A DNA stretch of 64,000 nt, from positions 4,092,001 to 4,156,000 of the forward strand of contig CAKKNE010000005.1 of the NCBI GenBank assembly GCA_918797485.1, in the 5' to 3' direction. How positions within the stretch are numbered: position 1 is the first letter of the stretch; each line of letters starts with the position of its first letter. A model generated the notes under the pieces. That model did not search any database. It was not told the DNA's origin and was given only the letters and a program-made list of their open reading frames with translations. The translations under genes were made by a program, and so were the position numbers. The stretch comes from Pelagomonas calceolata. Lineage: Eukaryota. Below, piece by piece: positions 10,988 through 21,253 of the stretch.

Positions 10988-12595
10988 TTATGTTTCGGCT
11001 TCGGGCTCGAGCGCAAATTGCTCGGCGCGCAGCTCGACTTGCAGATTGGAGAACCCCGGGCTCAGCGGCTGCTCGGGGGCGGCCTCGATCGCGACCTCCT
11101 CCACGGCGCTGGCCTCGCCCTCCGGCACGAGCTCGCCGTCGACTGGCTCCTGCTCAGGCTCCGCCCACACCGCGGTGTCCGGCACGACCTCGCCGTCGAT
11201 TGGCTTCTGCTCAGGCTCCGCCCACACCGCGGTGACGCGCGCGGCTATTTTTCCGAGCCAAGAGCCAATCCATCCAGGTCCCATGGCGGCGACGGCGTCC
11301 AGGTACTCCTGCTGACTAATCGTCCCGTTTTGGTCCTTGTCAGCCTTGCTCATTATTTCGTGAACGCGCTCGAGGGTCACGTCCGCATTGTTCTTCGAGA
11401 GCGCCCGGAAGATCTCGTCGGCGGTCAGCTCGCCGTCACCATCAGTGTCCATCTCGGCAAATGCGGCGATTGCGGCGCGCTGTTCCTCTGAAAGTTCGGG
11501 TGTTGGCGCCGGGGGCTCCGCGTCCCGTAGTGCGACCTCAAGGAACCAGACCATCTTCGGGGGGCCGGGGCAACAACACCCGTCCGACTTGACCGTCGTC
11601 TCCCGGCGCTTCAGCGTGACTCCGACAGCCTCGTATTTTTCCCGCAATTTAGCTATCGCACCGTCGAATTTTGCCCTGCTGGTAGGTTGCGCCCTGACTT
11701 CGGGGAAACCCCGGAGGTCGTCGACGAAGTCGTCAGGCGGGATGCGTCCGCGGAGGAAGAGCGGGTACTTGACCTTGAACCCGGCCTGACTTCTTCTAAT
11801 GTAGTACCACTCAACCAGCGCCGCGAATTTACCGACTTTACCCCCCTCCCGAAACACGCCCTCCTTGTTCCACAGAGGCACCATTTGCTCGGGATCGAAG
11901 GACATCCGACTCGTGCGCCAGGCGCCAACCGATGTCGCCAGCGATGCGTGCAGCGCCCAGGTATTATCTCTAACGTTGTGTACGACGCGCCAATCCTTGG
12001 CCGACTGGAGCCAGCTGCCGCCCGGCATAGGGGGCGGCGATCTCGGGTCGACCGTGATCGCCACGCGATATTCCACGTCTCCTTCGGCACCTGCCAGAGT
12101 CGAAATATCGTGTGGCGTGAGAACCATCCAGCCGCCGTCGGTTCGGCAAGATATGCGCCTCCCGACGATACCGTCGCAATATTCGAGGGCCACCCGCCCG
12201 GGGGCTCGCGGCTCTCTCACAAATTTCCTCCATTTTTCCAAACCCCCCTTGGCTGTCCGCCCCCAGTAATACCCGTCTTCCCTGGCGGACCACGCGATGA
12301 AGTCGTAGGATGACCCCCGCGGCTGGTTGGCAACCATGTGTTCACCCCTTCGCCCGAGCCAGCCGTCCCTGCTCTGAAGCCTGTACCTGTTCAAGCGATC
12401 AGTCTTGTACAAAGTAAAGACAGCGGCTTGGTCGCGCGAATACACGCAACGCACAGAGTTGTCGCCGTCGCCGTCGATGCCGACCCAGTTGTTGTTTTGG
12501 TTGCCCCAATGCCCCGTCACGCACTGGAGCTTTACCGCATCGCCGGCGGCGAGCCACTCGATGGGCTCGACCCCGTCGGCCGCGAACAGGCCCAT
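10988..12595 (-). CDS. EF-hand pair protein with N-terminal beta-rich and CVNH-like segments
   Basis: Canonical EF loops DTDGDGELTADE and DKDQNGTISQQE. PGGSWLQSA..LHASL..GAWRTS..WNKEG resembles a cyanovirin-N-homology repeat. Confidence 0.7.
   Translation of the reverse strand: MGLFAADGVEPIEWLAAGDAVKLQCVTGHWGNQNNNWVGIDGDGDNSVRCVYSRDQAAVFTLYKTDRLNRYRLQSRDGWLGRRGEHMVANQPRGSSYDFIAWSAREDGYYWGRTAKGGLEKWRKFVREPRAPGRVALEYCDGIVGRRISCRTDGGWMVLTPHDISTLAGAEGDVEYRVAITVDPRSPPPMPGGSWLQSAKDWRVVHNVRDNTWALHASLATSVGAWRTSRMSFDPEQMVPLWNKEGVFREGGKVGKFAALVEWYYIRRSQAGFKVKYPLFLRGRIPPDDFVDDLRGFPEVRAQPTSRAKFDGAIAKLREKYEAVGVTLKRRETTVKSDGCCCPGPPKMVWFLEVALRDAEPPAPTPELSEEQRAAIAAFAEMDTDGDGELTADEIFRALSKNNADVTLERVHEIMSKADKDQNGTISQQEYLDAVAAMGPGWIGSWLGKIAARVTAVWAEPEQKPIDGEVVPDTAVWAEPEQEPVDGELVPEGEASAVEEVAIEAAPEQPLSPGFSNLQVELRAEQFALEPEAET
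11121..11234. repeat. 57-bp tandem duplication (2 copies, 19 aa) within the EF-hand gene
   Basis: 11121-11177 and 11178-11234 are near-identical (TAVWAEPEQKPIDGEVVPD / TAVWAEPEQEPVDGELVPE). Confidence 0.9.
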
Positions 12596-12790
12596 CGCTG
12601 TGCACACAGAGTCAGTCAAAAACGCGGCCGCGGGCAGCCCCAGGCGAATTGTCGGCTGCAGATCGCCGCGCGCGTGGAAGAATAGCTTCTAGCACTGCTT
12701 GCGTCTCTTGTTTCATTACCTAGAGTGTCACTACCTAGGTATAGCTCCGCGCGACGCGACCGACGAGGGGCCATATATAACCACTATGTC

Positions 12791-14644
12791 TTAGTACGGC
12801 AGCGCCGAGTCGTCGTCGCCCTTCTGGAGGGGTGCGCTGCCGTCGCGCATCTCGCACGTGCCCTGGTAGAGGTCCGAGATGACGCCGTCGAACATGAAGT
12901 TCGTCTCGAAGATGTCGCCGAAGCACTGGCGCCACCGGCCGCTCGCGATGGCGAGCGACTGGTCGATCCCCCCAGGCTCTGTCTCCAACCAGTCCCAGAG
13001 CCCGTAGAAGAGCAGGAAATACAGCTTGCCGTCCTTGATGTACCACGAGTTCGGGTCCGCCGGCGGCAGCACCAATACACCATTGCCGACGCAGCCCCAC
13101 CAAGTCTCGTAGGCAATTCCCCAGGTACAGAAACCGCCAAACGCCGGAACATATGCATTCGGCGACTCGATGAACTTATCCATGTTTTCCTGGTTCGCGA
13201 AGTACCACACATGTCCTCCATGATTCACAGCATACTCGCTCTTACCTTTGACGGCCGGCGCGGGCATCGGCGTCGACCCATCCGGCATCTTGTCCGTTGT
13301 TGAGGGAAGGGACCAGTACGCGACCGTGTCGTAGCCGCCGATCGCAATATAACTTTCGCGGTCGATCGCCGCGTCGTAGGCGCAGGCCTTGTGGTCGCTC
13401 TCGACCGGCGCGCTGAGCCGCTCCTGCTCCGTGGCCGTCCGCGACCCCGTCCACGTCGCGTCGGGGCTCCTTCTGGTAATCGCGTGGCGGTCGGGGTTCG
13501 GCGGCGTGGCGTCGACCTTGGCCTTCTTGGCCTGCTTGTTTTTGCGCGATTGCTCAGTTTCGCCCGCATCAGCGTGGCGCTGCGGTAATGTGGTGTGCGT
13601 CTTCTGGGCCTCGGCGAGCTTCGACACGTCGGCCTGGCCGCTCTCGGGGTACGTGCCCGTGTAAATAGCGGCTCCGGTCGGCACGTCGTATTTCGCGTTG
13701 GGGTCGTACGTCCCAGCATCAATAGCCTGCTGCACGTCATCAGAACACCAGTAGCTCAACTCCTTGTCGACGAAGAAGGCCTCGGCCGTGCCGACGTTCG
13801 TCTCGCTCCGCAGCAGGTCGGGGTGGGCCTTCAGGAAGGCGTTGCAGTACTTATTATCGGCACCGCAGGCCGAGCAGAAGGCGTTCGCCTGGCACAATCT
13901 ACAATCGTCCGAAGATACCTCCGTATTAGTTAATTTCGTGCAAGCATCATCATCACTAGGCTTGACGGGTCTCAGACTAACACCAGGCAGCAACTCGGGC
14001 ACTTGCGGGCTGAACTTATCCGAGCAAAATTCACCCATGTTCGCCACGGCCTGCCACTCGCAGGGCCGCAGCCAATTGAAATCGGTGTTCTCCGAGACCG
14101 AGCACTCGTCGAGGTGCGTTTTCAGGCCTTGCGCGTCGAAGAAGGCCTGCTCCACGGCTAGGAGGGAGCCACCCGGAGCGGCGTTCTCGAACGAGTCGCA
14201 GACCGTCCAGTCGACGAGCGGCGATGAACTGATGTCGCACATCGCCGCTACCATACTTTGATCAGTCTTCTCGACGGCGGCCTTGGCGTTCAATTCGTCG
14301 ACCATCGCCCGGTAGTGCGCCATGCGCTGCTCGGCGGTCTTGAGGCCTTCCTTGTAGGCGTTCTTCTTCGGGCCCGGCTTCTTCTGCGCGGCGGCGTGGA
14401 GCCGCGCCGGCTCGACGGCGCCGATGCCGACGCCGGGCGTCATGGAGAAGGAGCTCGTGGAGGGTGCGCCAATGGCTTCGTGGGACGGCGCGCGCGCGAC
14501 GGCGACGGCCGCGAACAACAGCCCGGCGCCGCCGAGCGCGGCGACCAGGGCCTTCCGCGGGCGTCTCGATACGGGCGCCGCCTCAGGGACCGCGCCGTAG
14601 GTCGGCGCCGGGGTTTGCAAAGGGGTGTCGGCGGCCTCGTCCAT
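12791..14644 (-). CDS. Type II membrane protein with Cys-rich region and C-terminal YHS domain
   Basis: AIGGYDTVAYW, WYFANQENMDKFIESPNAYVPAFGGFCTWG and DPNSWYIKDGKLY match the bacterial YHS-domain protein family. First ATG at 14644. Confidence 0.8.
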   Translation of the reverse strand: MDEAADTPLQTPAPTYGAVPEAAPVSRRPRKALVAALGGAGLLFAAVAVARAPSHEAIGAPSTSSFSMTPGVGIGAVEPARLHAAAQKKPGPKKNAYKEGLKTAEQRMAHYRAMVDELNAKAAVEKTDQSMVAAMCDISSSPLVDWTVCDSFENAAPGGSLLAVEQAFFDAQGLKTHLDECSVSENTDFNWLRPCEWQAVANMGEFCSDKFSPQVPELLPGVSLRPVKPSDDDACTKLTNTEVSSDDCRLCQANAFCSACGADNKYCNAFLKAHPDLLRSETNVGTAEAFFVDKELSYWCSDDVQQAIDAGTYDPNAKYDVPTGAAIYTGTYPESGQADVSKLAEAQKTHTTLPQRHADAGETEQSRKNKQAKKAKVDATPPNPDRHAITRRSPDATWTGSRTATEQERLSAPVESDHKACAYDAAIDRESYIAIGGYDTVAYWSLPSTTDKMPDGSTPMPAPAVKGKSEYAVNHGGHVWYFANQENMDKFIESPNAYVPAFGGFCTWGIAYETWWGCVGNGVLVLPPADPNSWYIKDGKLYFLLFYGLWDWLETEPGGIDQSLAIASGRWRQCFGDIFETNFMFDGVISDLYQGTCEMRDGSAPLQKGDDDSALPY

Positions 14645-15072
14645 CTTCGAAGGCTGCCCTGTCGTCGCTGGCGGCCGCGCGTGCACTTGTCTCCGCGCTG
14701 CCGGGCTGTCGACGACGTCCGGACCGCGTGGAGCCTAGTTTGGATGCTGCCCGACTGCTTTATTTCGTCGCAGGGGCTGGCTATTTGCGAGTCCAATCCC
14801 GCCCAGGCAGAGGAAGCGGCCTCAACAATAACCTGGCGTCTAGCCTTGCTGTTGCTCCCTGGGGCGGCGCGCGGACTCCATCCAGCCCGTGCTTGCGTTG
14901 GCGATCGCTGAACTCCGTAGCTAGAGGCTGATACCGAAAACCCGTCACCCAGAGAGCGCAGTGGATTTGGCACCCCAGCATCCTGTACTTGCAAGCTTAG
15001 TGCCGAGCAAGGAGGCAATCTGATAGTTTACAGTGCACACGTATCGAACCGCAAGAGAAAAGGAGCCGTACC

Positions 15073-15564
15073 ATGCGAGATTATTGCATAATCCTCCTCT
15101 CTGCAGCTGCTGCGGCAGCCTTTGCGCCGCACAGATCATTTCCGCTGCGCCTCGCGGCGAGCAGAGCCACCGTTGAGGAAGCCACGGATGCAGCAGTGGC
15201 CCTGTGCGCGAAGGCAGGCGCGCCAGCCGCTGCGGAGGAGGACCGTCGGCTAGACTTCGCCGGCGCCGCCGACGCGGAGACGGTGCGCGCGAATTTTGTA
15301 GAGTTAGTCGAGACCGTCGGCGACGCCGACGCCGCGCTGCGAATCGTGACCAATAATAAGATGGTCGTCGGCTGGAAGCCGGACCGCGTGAAGGCGTCCT
15401 TCGACGCGTGGGTGGAGCGGTGCGAGAGCAAAGACGAGGCGCTCGACCTCGTGTCGAAGAATCCCGGACTCTTATTCTGCAAACCGGCCGACGTCAAAGA
15501 CGGTCCTCTCGGCCAGGCGAAGATGATCGCGAACGCGATGGACTTCTTCCGGTTCGGTAAGTGA
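15073..15564 (+). CDS. Small plastid-targeted protein of unknown function
   Basis: Signal peptide ending AAAFAP (ASAFAP-type bipartite presequence); 163 aa. Confidence 0.75.
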   Translation: MRDYCIILLSAAAAAAFAPHRSFPLRLAASRATVEEATDAAVALCAKAGAPAAAEEDRRLDFAGAADAETVRANFVELVETVGDADAALRIVTNNKMVVGWKPDRVKASFDAWVERCESKDEALDLVSKNPGLLFCKPADVKDGPLGQAKMIANAMDFFRFGK

Positions 15565-15638
15565 TAGTTTCGCATACTAGTATCTCTTCTGCTGGGACGC
15601 AGCGACAGCGTTCCCGGCAAAGGACCCGTCGGAACTTT

Positions 15639-15661
15639 CTAGTGTGTTACGGGCCGCTAGC
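15639..15661 (-). promoter_or_regulatory. CTAG-bounded upstream motif
   Basis: gctagcggcccgtaacacactag (minus), 170 bp upstream of MAD3. Confidence 0.7.
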
Positions 15662-15830
15662 CCACGCCGCGACGTTGCGACCTGCGCGGAGCCAACTAGC
15701 TCGAAATTGATCGCACAGAACACTAGCGCGAAAGCGCCGTACAGCGCAGACGCCACCGCAGCGATCCGCGCCGCGATCTGCACTCTCTACGCTACAAACA
15801 CGCTATCTACGCTACACAGCAGTCGCTGCG

Positions 15831-16905
15831 ATGTCCGCGCTAGACACGGAAGCCCCCGCGTGGGAGACGAGCAAAGAAAACGCCGCGCCGAGGAAGAAGG
15901 GCCGCGACGTGGCGAAATTAAACCGAGCCTTCGGCGCCGCGCCCGACGACGACGCCGCCATCCGCCACCACGAGGCCGCTCTATCGACGGAAGGCGACGA
16001 CCCCCTCCAAGCGTTCACCACATATGCGGCGTACCTGGAACAGCACCGCCCGACGGACGCGCTCGCCGCGTTTGAGCTGAGGGAAAGATGCTGCCGGGCG
16101 TTCCGCGACGACGAGCGCTACAAGAACGACGCGCGCTACGTGCAGATGTGGCTCGACTACGCGGACAACCTCCAGGACCCCGACGACCTCTTCAAGTTCA
16201 TGAAGAAGAAGAAGGTCGGTCTGCAGTCGGCAGCGTTCTGGTGCGCGTGGGCTTTACGAAGTGAAGAGCGCGGCCACGTCAAGAACGCCGCGGAGCTCTA
16301 CAAGAAGGGCCTCGAGAAGGGCGCGTTGCCGACGGAAATGCTCACGGCGAAGCAGGCGGCCTTCGAGGCGCGCGCCGTCGACCGCGAGCGGAACCCGCCT
16401 CCGCCGCGGCCGCGGCCCCGCGGCCTGACCGCGCAACGTCCGTCGCGAGCGCCCACGCAACAGCCGCAGTCGACGCCGGCCGCCTCGGGAACAACTCCGG
16501 CCCTCGAGATCTTCGTCGACGAGGGGCTCCGGCCCGTGACGGCTCCCGTTGACGACTGGCCCGACTTCGGGTCGCCGCCCCGCGTTTCACCTCCACGCCA
16601 TCGCCGCGACGTTGGTTTGCGCACAGGTCCCTCCGCGAGCGCGCCAAGGAGAACACGCGCGGCCCGACGCCCTGGACCGAGGCGGCGCTGTCCGCGCCCA
16701 AGACGTCTGCGCCGACGCTCGCGTCGGCGGTCCGCGGTCCGGCGTCAGAGGCACAACTTTTGGTCGCATTGGATGTACTCGCCGAGAGAGAAAAACACCA
16801 CGCGCTCACGCGCAGGCGCCGCCGGCCTTCGACGTCTTCGTCGACGACGACTGCGTCGCGGCGCCCGCGCCCGCGCCGGACGCGCCCACGACGCTCCGCG
16901 ACTGA
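15831..16905 (+). CDS. MAD3: MAD3/BUBR1-like spindle checkpoint protein lacking a kinase domain; join(15831..16570,16627..~16729 or 16750,16816..16905)
   Basis: N-terminal WETSKENAAP KEN box and TPR domain (DDPLQAF, YKNDARYVQMWLDYA). Removing intron 16571..16626 yields a second KEN (ERAKEN) flanked by ABBA-like LEIFVDE and FDVFVDD. The second donor is uncertain. Confidence 0.82.
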
Positions 16906-16966
16906 CTAAAGATACACGTTACTTACTGCACGATACCGACTGCTACAGCGATTCCCATGTGAGACT

Positions 16967-17659
16967 TCAAGCCGCGCGCTCGAGGGGCTCCTCGTCGTCG
17001 TCCGCGGGCTTCCCCGGCCGCTCGCGCGCCGCCACGACCTCGTCGACGACCCCGAACTCCTTCGCCTCCTCGGCCGTGAAGTACGTGTCCCGGTCCATGA
17101 CGCGCTCGATGGCCTCGACGTCCTTGCCCGTGTGGCTTACGTAAATCTTGTTGAGCTTCTCGCGCGTCTTCAGGATCTCCTTGGCGACGATGGCGATGTC
17201 GGCGGCCTGGCCCTGGGCCCCGCCACTGGGCTGGTGGAGCATGACCTGCGCGTTCGGCAGGCAGCGCCGCATCCCGGGCTCGCCGGCCGCGAGGAGGAGG
17301 GACCCCATCGACGCCGCCTGGCCCAGGCACAGCGTGCCGACAAGCGCTCGGATGTACTGCATCGTGTCGTAGATGGCGAGGCCCGCCGTGACGCTCCCAC
17401 CTGGCGAGTTGATGTAGAGGCTAATAGCTCGTTCCGGATCTTCGGCTTCGAGGAACAATAACTGCGCCGTAACGAGCCCGGCCATCTCGTCGTGGACCGG
17501 CCCCTGCAGCATGATGATGCGCTCCTTGAGCAGCCTCGAGAAGATGTCGAAGGCGCGCTCGCCCATCCCAGAGGACTCGATGACCATGGGTACTAAAGGC
17601 ATGCCGCGCGTGGCGGTCTTGAGGACGGGTGTTGTTCTTCTTAGGGCGTGGCGGAGCAT
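16967..17659 (-). CDS. clpP: ATP-dependent Clp protease proteolytic subunit, mitochondrial
   Basis: [40 protein letters not shown]; Arg-rich presequence. Confidence 0.96.
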   Translation of the reverse strand: MLRHALRRTTPVLKTATRGMPLVPMVIESSGMGERAFDIFSRLLKERIIMLQGPVHDEMAGLVTAQLLFLEAEDPERAISLYINSPGGSVTAGLAIYDTMQYIRALVGTLCLGQAASMGSLLLAAGEPGMRRCLPNAQVMLHQPSGGAQGQAADIAIVAKEILKTREKLNKIYVSHTGKDVEAIERVMDRDTYFTAEEAKEFGVVDEVVAARERPGKPADDDEEPLERAA

Positions 17660-17878
17660 TTTTCTTGTTTTCTCGAAGCGGCCGGCGTACGGTGTTACGG
17701 ATTGGCAGTGCGCGTGCAAGCGTTCTTATGTGGAGGCTCAAGGGTGGGACGAATCGCTCTAAATGCTGCGTGTGTGGTTCGAGTTGCTTAAGGTGGCAGC
17801 TCTCCAGTGGTTCGTGTGTCCAGGCGGTCACGAGCCGTGCGAGGAGGAGCTCCAGTGCAGCTGAACGTATAGGTGCGA

Positions 17879-17899
17879 GCTAGCTCGTAAAGGCACTAG
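17879..17899 (+). promoter_or_regulatory. CTAG-bounded upstream motif
   Basis: gctagctcgtaaaggcactag, between divergent clpP and the 18032 gene. Confidence 0.6.
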
Positions 17900-18031
17900 A
17901 AAGACGGCTGCTCGCGCGCAAGCTCGGCCCGCAGACCGCTGCGTCACCGGAACACACGTGATTCCAGCGCTTTACATCCTATCAAAACCATACATTCGGT
18001 CGCCGTCGCGCCGGAGTCCACAGGAAGACAC

Positions 18032-18481
18032 ATGAAGAGCGCTCTGCCAGCTTTACAGAAGCGCCGCTTCAGCACCGACGAGGAAGATAGTGATGACGAG
18101 TCCGCGATCGTGCGGCCGGAAGACCTGGTGCGGCGTTGGGGCGGCGTTCATGTGCGCGGCGATTCGCTCGAGCCGGTGACGGCGCGGCCCCTCGAGGTCG
18201 ATCAAAACGCGAGGCGACGGCGGCGGTGCGGCGTCGCCTTTGCGGTGTTTTGTATCACGGTCATCGCTCTGGCAGTCGCGTTCCCGACGGTGTGGCGCGC
18301 CGCAAGGCCGCTCGTCCGCGTCGCGGCCTACCCCGTCGGCGTTGTGTGTATTGTGCTGGTAGCGGCAGCACTGCTCGCAGACGCCTACGCGCGCTGCTGC
18401 CGGCGGCGGCGCGCCGCGGCCGGCGACGACCGCGCGGCGCCGCTCATGCCCAACAGCGCGGCGGACACGGAGTTCTTCTGA
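18032..18481 (+). CDS. Small two-TM membrane protein
   Basis: 149-aa ATG ORF with an acidic N-terminus and two hydrophobic helices. Confidence 0.55.
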   Translation: MKSALPALQKRRFSTDEEDSDDESAIVRPEDLVRRWGGVHVRGDSLEPVTARPLEVDQNARRRRRCGVAFAVFCITVIALAVAFPTVWRAARPLVRVAAYPVGVVCIVLVAAALLADAYARCCRRRRAAAGDDRAAPLMPNSAADTEFF

Positions 18482-18966
18482 GCTTGCCCGGAGGGGTCCT
18501 CTCCCGTTGTACGTATATGTTGATGTAAGAGAAGCCTGAGTCCGAAAGGGAGTCGTGCATTCTGCGACCCGAAAAGCGATTTTAGGAATTAACGCAAAAG
18601 AAGCCAGCCCTCAGCTCTCCGGGCTTTGCACCGTGACAAGCCGTGTCTGAAAACGTTAAACGCGCGCAGTAGCTCAGCTCTATCCTGCCGTTGACGGCGG
18701 TTCGCGAAGGAGCGCGTCGATCCGCAGCGCCTGTGGCGAGCACGAGCCCTCTCGATCTAGAGGCAATCAAGGCCTGATTCACGTCCCGAGCGCGCGACTG
18801 TACACAGAAACGCCGTCGCCGACGCCGCGCCCAACACCCCACTCCCGCGCAGGCACAAAACGCGAAAACTCGAGCCGGTCTCCGAGCCCGCTCCGCCGCA
18901 ACACCGACAGGGTCTCCAGGCCCGCTCCGACGCAACAAGCCAGTCACCCCAGACACAGCAAAGACC

Positions 18967-19608
18967 ATGGGACAGCAAATGAGCTACCTCCAGGACCAGG
19001 CGATGGCCGCCGCCGGCTACAAGAAGTCCGGCAAGGACCAGGAGGCGGCTCTCGACAAGGCGCTGAAGAGCGCCGACTATTTGGCGAGCCGCGGCGCCGA
19101 CGGCATCGCGGCGCTCAAGGATCTGTGCAAGCAGAAGAAGGTCGGCGGGACCACGCTGCCCAAGGGCTGGCAGCAGAAGATCCCCTTGCAGGGCGCGTGC
19201 ATGAACAGCCACATGAACACGTCGCTCAAGTTTCTGGTGGAAGAAATCAAGGTCGACTTAGATGCTCCGGAACCGTTGTCGGGCGACCCGCCCATCCACA
19301 CGGCCGTGGCCTGGGGCCGCCCGGAGGTCGTCGCTTACTTACTGGCCAAGGGGGCCAACGCCAACGCCTTAGATGCCGAAGGATTGACCCCTCTGCAGGC
19401 CGCCAAGCGCCGCCAGGCCCTCCTCGAGTCCGGCGACGCCAAGTACGTCAACCGCTGCGAGGAGCAGGGCATGGACCTTAAGAGCCTCCGCGAGGGCGGC
19501 AAGGCCCTGGTCGCGCTGCTCCAGGGCGTCGCCGACGAGAACGGCTACGGGAACCTCTCGCCCAAGGCCAAGCTGCCGTCCTATTCCAACTTATTTGGGA
19601 TGGCCTAG
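18967..19608 (+). CDS. Ankyrin-repeat protein, probably N-myristoylated
   Basis: MGQQMS start; GDPPIHTAVAWGRPEVVAYLLAKGANANALDAEGLTPLQAA ankyrin consensus. Confidence 0.85.
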   Translation: MGQQMSYLQDQAMAAAGYKKSGKDQEAALDKALKSADYLASRGADGIAALKDLCKQKKVGGTTLPKGWQQKIPLQGACMNSHMNTSLKFLVEEIKVDLDAPEPLSGDPPIHTAVAWGRPEVVAYLLAKGANANALDAEGLTPLQAAKRRQALLESGDAKYVNRCEEQGMDLKSLREGGKALVALLQGVADENGYGNLSPKAKLPSYSNLFGMA

Positions 19609-20203
19609 ATCCAAGGTTTGTTCGCGGAGGGCGAAACGCGCCTTCGCGTAGAAGAGAATTCCCTACGCCGGCGGTCTAAGCATACGGCTGGCTCTAGTTT
19701 TTTTGGGCGCCGCGGCGATGGCGTCTTGGCTTGAGTAGTCCTGCGCCGAGCCCCCCGGACCGTCGCGGCGCGAATCGCCGCTACCGCCCTGCGAGTACGC
19801 CTGGCCCTTCGAGTCGACGTTTCCTGACGTGCGGAAGGGTATTCTAACCGGAGTCTCGGACGGTGCTCGGGCGAGGTCCTGGCTGTCCAAGTAGCAGTGA
19901 CTGCGTGCTCTCATTGCCGAGCACCAACTCTCGCAGAGAAGCAGCACAGGTGCCGACGCAGCGTCACATTAGCTAACAAGTCGAATCGGAAGAGATGCGG
20001 AGGCCTGCGTTCGCCTCGACAGGAACAAAAGCATGCACACTCTGCCACAGCGATGCAGCAAATTGCATGAGCGAACTAGCCGTCGAGACCCAGGACTCAC
20101 CTCGATAGTAGCAAAAGCAAACGCGTCGAGAGATTCGTACGAGTCACCCTTCACGCCATCGAGCCGACGCATTTACGGGGTCGTCGTCGACGCAGGTAAC
20201 GAG

Positions 20204-21223
20204 ATGAAGCTGCTCTGTGTAATAGCGGCCGCGACGACCGCCCAGGCCTTCGCGCCGACGCGCGCGACGACGCCGACGGTTTGTAGAGGAGGCGGCAGCG
20301 AGCTGCAAGCCGTCAAGAACTCGGCCTTCGTCTTCGTGAAGCCCCACGCTGTGACGCCGCCGACGATCGAGCTCGTCAAGAGCAAGCTTACGGGCGCGGG
20401 CCTCACCATCCTGTCCGAGGGCGACATCTCGTCCGAGGATATTGATCAGAAGAAGCTCGTGGACCAGCACTACTACGCCATCGCGTCGAAAGCCACGATC
20501 ACGCCGCCGGCGGAACTCGCCGTGCCCGACGACAAGTTCACCGAATTCTTCGGCGAGTCCTGGAGCGACGTCCTGTCACAGGGCCGCGCGTTCACGGCCA
20601 TCGACGCCTGCAAGGAGCTTGGATTAAGTGGTTCGGAGATGGACGAGGCCTGGGGCGCGGCCAAGGGCGCGGGCAAGATTATTAAGTTAGGGGGCGGCTT
20701 CTACGCGGGGCAGCTGGCCAAGGGCGACTCGTCGATCTACACGTTCAACGCCTTCTACATGAGCATGCGGGACCGCTTCACGCAGCCCGGGGGCTCGATC
20801 CACTACTTTGCCGTGGAATGGGACGCCTCCACCTTACCGTGGGCCGACTTCCGCGGGAAATTGTTAGGACCGACGGACCCGGCCGCGGCGCCGGCGGATT
20901 CGATCCGGGGTCTGATCTACAGCGACTGGAAGAATTTGGGCTTGAGCGGCGAGCCGAACACGGGCGACAACGGCGTCCACGCGTCGGCGTCGCCCTTCGA
21001 GGGCCTCGCGGAGAAGATGAACTGGCTCCAGGTCAAGCCGAGCGAGGACGCCTTCGGCGCGGCGATCATCGCCGACGGTTTGGACGAGGCGACGCTGGCG
21101 AAGTGGATCCTGGACCCCGTGGTCACGTACCCGGACGGGAAGGGCTCGCTCTTCGACGCGCTCGAGGACAGCAACGTCGACGCGTGCGCGGCGAAGCTGA
21201 AGGAGCTGAAGGCGCTGGCGTAG
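20204..21223 (+). CDS. Nucleoside-diphosphate-kinase-like protein, plastid-targeted
   Basis: Presequence ending AQAFAP; AFVFVKPHAV, LGPTDP..DSIRG, DNGVHASAS...E. Confidence 0.82.
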   Translation: MKLLCVIAAATTAQAFAPTRATTPTVCRGGGSELQAVKNSAFVFVKPHAVTPPTIELVKSKLTGAGLTILSEGDISSEDIDQKKLVDQHYYAIASKATITPPAELAVPDDKFTEFFGESWSDVLSQGRAFTAIDACKELGLSGSEMDEAWGAAKGAGKIIKLGGGFYAGQLAKGDSSIYTFNAFYMSMRDRFTQPGGSIHYFAVEWDASTLPWADFRGKLLGPTDPAAAPADSIRGLIYSDWKNLGLSGEPNTGDNGVHASASPFEGLAEKMNWLQVKPSEDAFGAAIIADGLDEATLAKWILDPVVTYPDGKGSLFDALEDSNVDACAAKLKELKALA

Positions 21224-21253
21224 AGGCTAAGTATTTGTTACGCGTCGGCAGCG

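Noticed and set aside
18530..18580. ctgagtccgaaagggagtc...gaaa resembling a hammerhead ribozyme
   Set aside because: Lacks the CUGANGA core and the required three-stem arrangement.
19620..19652. Hairpin with AAA loop after the ankyrin gene (SECIS-like)
   Set aside because: No AUGA/GA quartet, and the upstream CDS has no in-frame TGA.
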